IMG/VR virus record: IMGVR_UViG_3300042541_001760
Span: 62,001 to 126,000 of that record
Length of the DNA: 64,000 nt
Direction: 5' to 3' (one strand)
Part shown: piece by piece, positions 19,178-26,778 of the stretch
How positions within the stretch are numbered: the stretch's first letter is position 1
Layout: every line of letters begins with the position of its first letter
Program-made: the position numbers and the translations under genes
Notes under the pieces: generated by a model
The model's input: only the letters and a program-made list of their open reading frames with translations
The model's database searches: none
What the model was told of the DNA's origin: nothing

Positions 19178-19498
19178 TTATTGTTTAAATATGTTTACAA
19201 AACCTGTGATGGTTAGTGTTACACCAGCAACAAACATAATATTATTTGGTGTATTTAAAAAAATGTTAGGTTTAACGTAGGTTGAAGTGTATGAATTTTT
19301 AAAAGATGAGTAACTACTTACCCACTCTCCATCCGCCCTATTTTGGAGAATGGCGGCAGTTAATAAACTACCACCACTAACCGTTAGTACCAAAGACACA
19401 TTTTTGTTTTTTGAAACAGTCATATGTTGAGCCTCTGTGTTACCACAAAGACCCAACACTAACAACAAGACAAAAATAACTATTTTAAAGTTTTTCAT
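19178..19498 (-). CDS. Hypothetical membrane protein
   Basis: Signal peptide and hydrophobic segments. Confidence 0.6.
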   Translation of the reverse strand: MKNFKIVIFVLLLVLGLCGNTEAQHMTVSKNKNVSLVLTVSGGSLLTAAILQNRADGEWVSSYSSFKNSYTSTYVKPNIFLNTPNNIMFVAGVTLTITGFVNIFKQ

Positions 19499-20546
19499 AT
19501 TTCGGTTTGATTAATTTCCATATTATGGATGAATAATCTTTCTTGTCCCACATTGAGAACATAACCGAATGTAGTTCTTTCTTTATATATTTTTGAACGA
19601 ACTCAGCAAATTCTTTCTTTGTGGGTTCAGGATAAACATCACCATACTTACCATATCTAAATCCGTCGTGATTTTTACCGCAATACTCAGATATTTGGAA
19701 ATGATTGTATTTCAAATCTCTAGCATACACTTTTATCTTATGGAAAAACTCATCAGGGACATCTTTAAGTATTTCATTTATGTCATCACCTGAACTCAAT
19801 ACATCCCAAACAGATGTGGTGGATACATTGGTCATTATTTTATGTAAACGAAGATACTCAGCACCTTTTATCTTCATTCGGTTACCATTAGAGAATTTAA
19901 CAACGAATCCCTCCTCATTACTATTTATCAAATCCTTCAAAGTGGAGTAATCACTGATGCCGTCATATTTTTTAACCAGTTTGAAACCTATATTGGATAT
20001 TAGATTTTTATGTCTTATATCCTCGTCATCACCATCGTGTAATTTAACCTCATACCCTGTCTTGGTATTTATCATACCCAATAACACCAAATCTTCAAAT
20101 GGGTATTTTACCACTATACGATTCTGGTTATATATGATTTCAAAAAGGTAAGTATAATCTTTATGAAGTTTATCAAAATCGTAGTTAAACATCATCTCAT
20201 ACCCTTTAACCGCTTGATCGGAAGTAAATGACCCACGAGTTGCCATTATCCAACCACCTTCATAATAGAAGAATATACCCAAAGACCCATCCATCTTTTC
20301 ATAAACATCAAAATCTGAAGTTGGGGTATGTTTACCCTCATCCATATTAAAGAATTTCTTGAATGGTCTGGCAACGATATTTCCCTTATCGTCAGTAACA
20401 AGACCGCGAGTTTGTAGGGTAACATCATTCCATAAACCTTCATATTGGACTTTCTCAGAATAGTTCCATATAGTCAAAGGGAGGGTTGGATGTACTTGTT
20501 TGTACACCAACCCGTCATCATAATATGTGTTAAGTTTATTCACCAT
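19485..20546 (-). CDS. T4 Rnl1-like RNA ligase
   Basis: RPFKKFFN, motif I EKMDGSLG, ATRGSF, FEII, EGFVV, KIK. Confidence 0.88.
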   Translation of the reverse strand: MVNKLNTYYDDGLVYKQVHPTLPLTIWNYSEKVQYEGLWNDVTLQTRGLVTDDKGNIVARPFKKFFNMDEGKHTPTSDFDVYEKMDGSLGIFFYYEGGWIMATRGSFTSDQAVKGYEMMFNYDFDKLHKDYTYLFEIIYNQNRIVVKYPFEDLVLLGMINTKTGYEVKLHDGDDEDIRHKNLISNIGFKLVKKYDGISDYSTLKDLINSNEEGFVVKFSNGNRMKIKGAEYLRLHKIMTNVSTTSVWDVLSSGDDINEILKDVPDEFFHKIKVYARDLKYNHFQISEYCGKNHDGFRYGKYGDVYPEPTKKEFAEFVQKYIKKELHSVMFSMWDKKDYSSIIWKLIKPKYEKL

Positions 20547-20745
20547 CTGATTCTTTATTTTTAATTGCCTCGTCTAATGTGTTATTAATATGTCGGTATA
20601 AAACAACCAAGGTGTTAATTATAATTAATCCAATCCACCAATCAATATCATTAACACCATCAGGAAAAAAATTAGTCAAAATAAGACCTAAAGTCGCCCC
20701 GAAAGCAAAATTAAACGCAAATCTAACGAACGACGGATTATTCAT
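20536..20745 (-). CDS. Small membrane protein
   Basis: Two hydrophobic helices; overlaps the ligase start. Confidence 0.55.
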   Translation of the reverse strand: MNNPSFVRFAFNFAFGATLGLILTNFFPDGVNDIDWWIGLIIINTLVVLYRHINNTLDEAIKNKESDGE

Positions 20746-20758
20746 ATTTTTTATTTAG

Positions 20759-20832
20759 TGGGCCATCTTGGACTCGAACCAAGGACTTGCGGATTATGAG
20801 TCCGATACTCTAACCAACTGAGTTAAAAGCCC
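20759..20832 (-). tRNA. tRNA (CAT), probably Ile2 (lysidine type), possibly elongator Met
   Basis: GGGCTTT/ATGGCCC acceptor, CGGA-CTCATAA-TCCG, CTTGG-TTCGAGT-CCAAG. Confidence 0.85.
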
Positions 20833-20862
20833 TAATTATTTTACAAATATACAATTTTATTT

Positions 20863-20997
20863 TTAATCCTCCAAATCCAAATCGTCAAATCTATTATTTT
20901 TTTGTGGTTTAGATTTGGAGGTTTTAACCTTTTTACTTTGATTGTTACTTTTTGACTTAGGTTGGTCGTTCTTCTGACTACGATATGTCTTGCCCAT
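20863..20997 (-). CDS. Small Lys-rich peptide (44 aa)
   Basis: MGKTYRSQKNDQPKSK...DLED*, below ORF-track cutoff. Confidence 0.5.
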   Translation of the reverse strand: MGKTYRSQKNDQPKSKSNNQSKKVKTSKSKPQKNNRFDDLDLED

Positions 20998-21011
20998 TTT
21001 TAATTTAATTA

Positions 21012-21686
21012 TTATCCTACGATTCCTTTAATATCATCTGTGTGGTGGTCAAATCCCATTTCAGAACTGATTGGTTGTTTATCCAACATAGGAACAACCT
21101 CAGTCATTAGGTTATATGGTCTGAATTCAGGGTGACCATCCATTCCAACATCCATTCTCTTACCATTACCAAATCGTTTATCTGTCGGCAAGTGACAATG
21201 CCCGTGAAGGTGACCAATACCCTTGTTTAATCCATCCCAAGATGAAATTGGGTAGTGCATAATGACAAATTTATTTGAACCCATTATTAGTTCAGTATAT
21301 TGGTCAACACTTTTAAATAGACCCCTAACTCCGTCTTTATTGTTACTGATATGGTGGTCGTGATTACCAAGAGTTAGGTGAATGTTTTTACACACAAGTC
21401 GATCCCAAAATTTACGAATGTTCTCAAAACCACCAAAACTCCAATCACCAAGGTGAATTAGAATATCATCCTGACCCACAACCTCATTGATATTACGAAC
21501 AATAGTGTCATTCATTTCATCAAGAGATGAAAAATCACGAGTTTGGTCAACAGGAATAGTTCCATCAGCCAATCTCCAATCTGTAACACCCCTACAAATA
21601 TTTTTATGACCGAAGTGAGTGTCGGAAGTAATCCAAACATTTGGAAAACGACCTTTACTATCTGCGGTTATTTTAATTGGTTTCAT
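21012..21686 (-). CDS. Calcineurin-like metallophosphoesterase
   Basis: SDTHFGH, HLGD, GNHD, HGHCH, DVGMD. Confidence 0.85.
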   Translation of the reverse strand: MKPIKITADSKGRFPNVWITSDTHFGHKNICRGVTDWRLADGTIPVDQTRDFSSLDEMNDTIVRNINEVVGQDDILIHLGDWSFGGFENIRKFWDRLVCKNIHLTLGNHDHHISNNKDGVRGLFKSVDQYTELIMGSNKFVIMHYPISSWDGLNKGIGHLHGHCHLPTDKRFGNGKRMDVGMDGHPEFRPYNLMTEVVPMLDKQPISSEMGFDHHTDDIKGIVG

Positions 21687-21964
21687 AGTTTTGTTTTTTC
21701 GTGTGATATGTACTTGTATTTCTTAACACTTTTTGAAATTAATGTTCCATTCTTCCTAACAAGATCCCAATCTTCATTTATATAAATGTAATCATAATAG
21801 ACGACATTTATGGTATCTCTTTTTTTATCTAAATGGATTATTTCAAGTTTATCCGAATAAATGGCTTTATTACCTGTCATATTAGGATTACAGGTTTGTA
21901 TTGTTATGAAGAATGTCAATAACAATCCTGTTAAGAAAATGTATTTTAAAAATTTAGAAGACAT
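21683..21964 (-). CDS. Hypothetical exported protein
   Basis: N-terminal hydrophobic segment; ATGA overlap with next gene. Confidence 0.55.
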   Translation of the reverse strand: MSSKFLKYIFLTGLLLTFFITIQTCNPNMTGNKAIYSDKLEIIHLDKKRDTINVVYYDYIYINEDWDLVRKNGTLISKSVKKYKYISHEKTKL

Positions 21965-22166
21965 ATGCGATTAATTGGAATACTGCGATTATGGTTAATA
22001 GTAATGAAGTGCCAAATAAAAACATTTGAATTAGAATTGACATTGATGAGTATTTACCGTTTCTTGGGGATATGAAGTTTCTTAGCATTTTTAGTTTATT
22101 TTAGTTTGTCAAAGGTAATATAAATAATCGGTTAAAACAAATTTTTTGTGGATGGAGTAGGAAACA

Positions 22167-22469
22167 TTATCCCCATCCCCTATTAAAACCAACCTTTTCT
22201 TCATCACGACCAATTGACTGAGTAATTAACATATGTTTTGTAACATCTTCAGGACTCAACCAACCAACAACATCGTTATTATCTGAAGTCCATATCTCAA
22301 AGGTATTGACACCATCACCATATAAACCCTGAGACCCACCAACAACGGATATTGAATGTCCGTTTGGAAAATCCAATGTCGCTTGAACTCCACCCCTACT
22401 ATTTGGGTGGGGATTAAAGACCAAATCATCAAATGTTTTTACTTTAAATTTTTCAAAAAAATCTTTCAT
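22167..22469 (-). CDS. Hypothetical phage protein
   Basis: 100 aa ORF, FPNGHSISVV...LYGDG..TFE. Confidence 0.65.
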   Translation of the reverse strand: MKDFFEKFKVKTFDDLVFNPHPNSRGGVQATLDFPNGHSISVVGGSQGLYGDGVNTFEIWTSDNNDVVGWLSPEDVTKHMLITQSIGRDEEKVGFNRGWG

Positions 22470-22644
22470 AATATAGTTTTTAAATTGTTAGTATCCCTTT
22501 ATTTGTTGGATTTTAGTACCAACACCCAATCTCGTAACTACTGATGCGGATAATTCACCCGTTACCGTTTGATTGGACTGAGTGGCTTCACTAGTAACGT
22601 CAACCAAATTATCTGTTGTTAACGTTTAACCCCCACTCTTGTTG

Positions 22645-22728
22645 TGATCAGGACAGGATTCGAACCTGCTTTAGGGCTTACGACCTATGATAATCTATTT
22701 ACGACAACAACCATGTCGCCACCTGACC
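22645..22728 (-). ncRNA. tRNA-like RNA lacking a canonical anticodon arm
   Basis: GGTCAGG/CCTGATC acceptor and GCAGG-TTCGAAT-CCTGT T-arm intact; no 5-bp/7-nt anticodon arm. Confidence 0.65.
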
Positions 22729-22948
22729 ATTTCCCCACCTTGAGATTATTGGTGAGTAGTTATTTCGGTTTTTTCTTCTGTTCCAAAACCTGTGAGGCGT
22801 CCCTCGTGAAAACAGTCAATCCTTACTTGGAAGCTAGCGGATAAGCTAACTTTGACTCCAATGAGTAGTCAATTAAAGCTGATACTACCAAACACTTACC
22901 TATTGTTTAAGTCTTAAGTTAAAGACTCTGAGTATCTCTTACTCATTG

Positions 22949-23036
22949 TGGGTAGAGAGGGACTCGAACCCCCGATGTTTTGTCATATGACCTTTGATCT
23001 ACAATCAAAGCCGTTCGCCGCTACGGTAACCTACCC
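22949..23036 (-). tRNA. tRNA-Tyr (GTA)
   Basis: GGGTAGG/TCTACCC, TTTGA-TTGTAGA-TCAAA, long variable arm, T-arm. Confidence 0.88.
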
Positions 23037-23148
23037 GACGTTAAAAAATAGGAAAATAGAAGATGGGCGAGTGGACATCTATTTTTATGATTAGCATTAC
23101 TTGGATTCACCTCCACCAATAATGGTATTCCCTAATCAACCTATCAAG

Positions 23149-23220
23149 AGGGTGGTGAGGGATTCAAACCCCCGTTGTTCTCCTTTGCAGGGAGATGCCT
23201 AATCGCTCGACCAACCACCC
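23149..23220 (-). tRNA. tRNA-Cys (GCA)
   Basis: GGGTGGT/ACCACCC, U73, TCTCC-CTGCAAA-GGAGA; T-loop TTTGAAT. Confidence 0.85.
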
Positions 23221-23261
23221 TTTTAAACACCCCCAACATTAAGTCAGGGGTGTTGATTTTT

Positions 23262-24089
23262 TTAATTAATGTTATACATCATATTTGACCCATTACCTGT
23301 CATTACACTTGGTAATGTTCCGTTCCACTTATCAAGATACATTTTCTTAAGTAGTTCAGGTGTCAAGTTACGTTGTTGTAGTTCATAAGCCTTAGCCTCT
23401 GATTGCGCCCGAATTACCATTTGTGCGGAGTCACCTCTTGCCACTGCGATTTTTTGGTTAGCCTGAGCAACTGAGATTTTAACCTTATTTTCCTCAGTTT
23501 GTGCGTTCTGAACCGCCCGATTCTTTAGAGTAATTGACTCAACCAATGCCGGTGGTGGTGTCAGATTACTTGTTAATTGAGCCAATAGGAATCCTTTTGG
23601 TTTAACTTGAGCAATGAATCTCTGTCGTACTGTATTCTCAAAAAGTTGTCGATTCATTAGTAAACTATCGGGAGTAAAATCCCCCGCAGTTGAACGAAAC
23701 GCTTCTAACATACAGGTCTTTAAGAATCCATCCTCAATTTCGGGTAGGTCTCGTCGGAACGTCTCAAAGATAGAACTTACCGAATCTGAAATTACACTAT
23801 AGTTGATGGCGGGAATTGCAGTAAAGATAGTTCCACCCTTCATAGTTACCTCAATGGTGTCATACTCCTTGTGTTGTACATAAGTCGGCCACTCATATAC
23901 TTGACTCATCCACGGAATATAGAATTGCCATCCCGTTACTAATTCTGTTTTACTAACACCTTTTTCAGATGCGGTGTTGTTTACTTTAATACCTACGTGA
24001 CCTGCGTCAATTCGCTCACAAGAAGCGGGAATAAACATTAAAAAGGATCCGAGGACTACGAACAATGCAATTATTTTAATTTTTGACAT
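23262..24089 (-). CDS. SPFH/band 7/prohibitin-domain membrane protein
   Basis: N-terminal TM, RIDAGHVGIKV, AQ-rich coiled coil, KWNGTLP. Confidence 0.85.
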   Translation of the reverse strand: MSKIKIIALFVVLGSFLMFIPASCERIDAGHVGIKVNNTASEKGVSKTELVTGWQFYIPWMSQVYEWPTYVQHKEYDTIEVTMKGGTIFTAIPAINYSVISDSVSSIFETFRRDLPEIEDGFLKTCMLEAFRSTAGDFTPDSLLMNRQLFENTVRQRFIAQVKPKGFLLAQLTSNLTPPPALVESITLKNRAVQNAQTEENKVKISVAQANQKIAVARGDSAQMVIRAQSEAKAYELQQRNLTPELLKKMYLDKWNGTLPSVMTGNGSNMMYNIN

Positions 24090-24288
24090 TTTGGTTTGGT
24101 TTGTTTTTATTGATTAGTGAAGTTAGAAAATTTACTGTTTGATAAAATGCGAATCCGATTATACATAACCCTATGATTACTGTGGGGGTATCAGGTTGGG
24201 TACATAGGTATACTCCCGATATGGCAATCAAACCTAATAGGATTAATTTTGAAATTGTGTCCCATAAGGGATCATTAATTAGTTTCAT
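24076..24288 (-). CDS. Small membrane protein
   Basis: Two TM segments, upstream of SPFH gene. Confidence 0.55.
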   Translation of the reverse strand: MKLINDPLWDTISKLILLGLIAISGVYLCTQPDTPTVIIGLCIIGFAFYQTVNFLTSLINKNKPNQNVKN

Positions 24289-24349
24289 ATAAATTGGTTT
24301 TAGATTGTTTGACAAAGATACAAAATTAATTCAATAAACCAAAATTATT

Positions 24350-24583
24350 TTAATAATCCTTATCGTCGTCGTATGATTTAATATTTGCGAGTTCAATATT
24401 TAACCTCTTAACCTCATCGTTTAATAGTTTAATATCTTCCAATCTTTCTTTCAAAACAGAAAATGAATAATTAATTATTTCTTTTTCTGAATCTGTTAAA
24501 TCTTCTTTTTTTATTAAGAGATAATTTAACACACCGTCAGTATATTCTTCTTTGGGGGTTTTGAATAAACTATCTTTCATCAT
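24350..24583 (-). CDS. Hypothetical protein
   Basis: 77 aa ORF. Confidence 0.55.
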   Translation of the reverse strand: MMKDSLFKTPKEEYTDGVLNYLLIKKEDLTDSEKEIINYSFSVLKERLEDIKLLNDEVKRLNIELANIKSYDDDKDY

Positions 24584-24586
24584 ATT

Positions 24587-24820
24587 TTAAAAAATTGAAT
24601 GGTCTCCGTGACTATTATCCCATTCATCAGGAATATAAGGATTGGTGTTAATAGGTTCGGGTTGGATTGTGTCAGAAATAACACATAATAGATCCAATCC
24701 CTCTGACTGAGCGGAATCCGATTGGTAAATACTTTCACCATATGGATATTTGCTAAAGTAAGCATCAAGAAGATTTACAACTTCCGTTATTTTTTGGTTG
24801 TTCCAATTAATATTATACAT
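24587..24820 (-). CDS. Hypothetical protein
   Basis: 77 aa ORF downstream of tRNA-Thr. Confidence 0.55.
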   Translation of the reverse strand: MYNINWNNQKITEVVNLLDAYFSKYPYGESIYQSDSAQSEGLDLLCVISDTIQPEPINTNPYIPDEWDNSHGDHSIF

Positions 24821-24839
24821 TGTTATGGGGTTTTTTAAG

Positions 24840-24923
24840 AGCCGAGGGCCGGATTCGAACCGGCGAGGACTTAATGTCTCCTGATTACAAATCAGGTGTA
24901 ATCAACCACTATACGACCTCGGC
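24840..24923 (-). tRNA. tRNA-Thr (TGT) with long variable arm
   Basis: GCCGAGG/CCTCGGC, CCTGA-TTTGTAA-TCAGG, GCCGG-TTCGAAT-CCGGC. Confidence 0.88.
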
Positions 24924-24933
24924 TTATTTTTAG

Positions 24934-25007
24934 TGATCCCGATTGGATTCGAACCAATGACCTACGCATTAGAAGTGCGTTGCTCTATCCTGCTGAGCTA
25001 CGGAACC
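24934..25007 (-). tRNA. tRNA-Arg (TCT)
   Basis: GGTTCCG/CGGGATC, ACGCA-CTTCTAA-TGCGT. Confidence 0.92.
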
Positions 25008-25014
25008 ATATTAT

Positions 25015-25191
25015 TTAAATCTTTCTCACTTCATACTTATAACCACTATCAGAATTTTTCTCCATAATATCTCTCATCTTATCCGCTTCCTCAAAAGTAT
25101 CAAATTCTAAGACCTCATTATGGGTATCAATTATAATAACCGGCATTTCAACACCTTTATTGTTTTTAATGAATTTTAAAATTACGTACAT
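25015..25191 (-). CDS. Small hypothetical protein (58 aa) between tRNAs
   Basis: MYVILKFIKNNKGVEMPVII...EVRKI*; TACCTTTG promoter just upstream. Confidence 0.6.
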   Translation of the reverse strand: MYVILKFIKNNKGVEMPVIIIDTHNEVLEFDTFEEADKMRDIMEKNSDSGYKYEVRKI

Positions 25192-25275
25192 ACTCCACTA
25201 TTAATTATCGTTTTATTTTGTTTTACAAAGGTAATATAAATTTATCAAAACTACAACATCTTTATATTTTTTTTG

Positions 25276-25350
25276 TACTCCCGACGGGGGTCGAACCCGC
25301 AATTTCCACCTTGAAAGAGTGGCGGCTTAAACCAATTCGCCTACAGGAGC
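25276..25350 (-). tRNA. tRNA-Glu (TTC)
   Basis: GCTCCTG/CGGGAGT, CCACT-CTTTCAA-GGTGG. Confidence 0.9.
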
Positions 25351-25404
25351 ATTTGTGAGTACAAAGATACAAAAACATTTCAAAGAACAAAACTTATTTA
25401 AAAC

Positions 25405-25436
25405 AAAAAACCCACCTCTTTTTGGGAGATGGGTTT
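25405..25436 (-). terminator. Intrinsic terminator of the putative attenuator
   Basis: AAACCCATCTC-CCAAAAA-GAGGTGGGTTT followed by TTT. Confidence 0.8.
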
Positions 25437-25459
25437 GAATATTTTGATTTACCACAATA

Positions 25460-25534
25460 TTACAACATCTCCCTTCGGCTTAATCTCTCCTCCGTTCTAT
25501 ACGTTGTATTATATGTTTGGTTTAAATTTTTCAT
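25460..25534 (-). CDS. Putative attenuator leader peptide MKNLNQTYNTTYRTEERLSRREML
   Basis: 24 codons starting 4 nt after a TACATTTG promoter; GGGAGATG at its 3' end is complementary to the terminator 5' arm. Confidence 0.7.
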   Translation of the reverse strand: MKNLNQTYNTTYRTEERLSRREML

Positions 25535-25583
25535 ATGACAAATGTAGTAATAATAATATATAAGTATATAAGTTTTTAAAAAA

Positions 25584-26087
25584 TTATTTTAACATCTTAA
25601 AAACCTTGATGAAGTATAAAGGATCCTTCATTTCATACCTATATACGTTATCCGTAACCAAGTTCTCAATTACTATTGTCTTAGTGGGATATGTAGATAT
25701 CAGTTTAGTTTGGTATGGTGTTAACCTAAACCAAGCATCAATTTTACAACTCATTCTATTACGAATATTGTAAGTTGAGAATGAGTCAACAGAGGTAACA
25801 AATGTAAGCTTACCAGAGTCACTACAATAGTGCTTATCTTTGTAAGTAACCTTAAATTCTTGAATAAACTGATACTCTTTACTCATATCAGCATTATCAA
25901 TAACAGGTTGTACGACAATTAACGAATCCTTATGAATATAAGGAGCAGGTTGCTCACCATATGGTTTAATGTCCTTATTCTCATATGTTTTTATAAATTC
26001 ACAATGAGAGCAAGGTTCATTTTGACCAATTGGAGCAAAGGACAGAAAAAGCATAAGAATCAACGAGGTAATTATGGATAGTTTCAT
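25584..26087 (-). CDS. Hypothetical exported protein
   Basis: Signal peptide MKLSIITSLILMLFLSFA. Confidence 0.65.
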   Translation of the reverse strand: MKLSIITSLILMLFLSFAPIGQNEPCSHCEFIKTYENKDIKPYGEQPAPYIHKDSLIVVQPVIDNADMSKEYQFIQEFKVTYKDKHYCSDSGKLTFVTSVDSFSTYNIRNRMSCKIDAWFRLTPYQTKLISTYPTKTIVIENLVTDNVYRYEMKDPLYFIKVFKMLK

Positions 26088-26280
26088 AACAATAAATATC
26101 AAGAAAACTTGATTATTTAAAAAAAAATATTAAATAATCTTTACATTTATTACACTACTCGTATTATATTAGATAATTTAATTTTAAGTAAACCCTTATT
26201 TTTAGTTATGGTTAGGATATTACTAAATTGTTTACTATATTTGCGTTAATTAATATAAAATAAAAACATAATAGAATGAA

Positions 26281-26778
26281 ATGGAAAGGGTTTTAGTATT
26301 AAATTCGGATTATACCCCTCTGAACGTAACTACTATGATCAGAGGATTCAATTTGGTTAATAAAGGTAAGGCGGAGATTCTAAAGGCAGGAGATAAACCC
26401 ATATTAACAGGAGAACAAACATTTACAAGACCCTTAATTATAAGGTTATTTACTTATATTAAATACAGAGTTAAAAATCTTAAAGTTAGTAGAAGTCGTT
26501 TATATAAAAGAGATGGTCATAAATGTTCATACTGTGGGTCACCAAAGAATTTAACAATAGACCACGTAATACCAAAATCTAAAGGCGGAACAAATAGATG
26601 GACTAATTTAATTACCTGTTGCGGGTCTTGTAACAGGAAAAAAGGTAACAAAACACCCGAAGAAGCGGGAATGACATTAAACATAATACCATATGAGCCT
26701 TCATTATTTTCGGAGGTGTTTCACAATTCAATTGAAGCGGTATGGAACGAATTTCAAAAAACAATGGGTTTCAAATGA
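26281..26778 (+). CDS. HNH endonuclease
   Basis: RDGHKCSYCG..LTIDHVIPKSKGG..W.NLITCC..CN.KK. Confidence 0.9.
   Translation: MERVLVLNSDYTPLNVTTMIRGFNLVNKGKAEILKAGDKPILTGEQTFTRPLIIRLFTYIKYRVKNLKVSRSRLYKRDGHKCSYCGSPKNLTIDHVIPKSKGGTNRWTNLITCCGSCNRKKGNKTPEEAGMTLNIIPYEPSLFSEVFHNSIEAVWNEFQKTMGFK

Noticed and set aside
22526-22576. Hammerhead ribozyme suggested by CTGATG
   Set aside because: Lacks CTGAnGA and the GAAA core; no convincing HDV-like ribozyme after the tRNAs either.
22644-22844. 66-aa plus-strand ORF
   Set aside because: Antisense to the tRNA-like RNA and structured region.
26281-26778. HNH gene as part of an intron or mobile element
   Set aside because: Free-standing, with no interrupted gene or terminal repeats visible.
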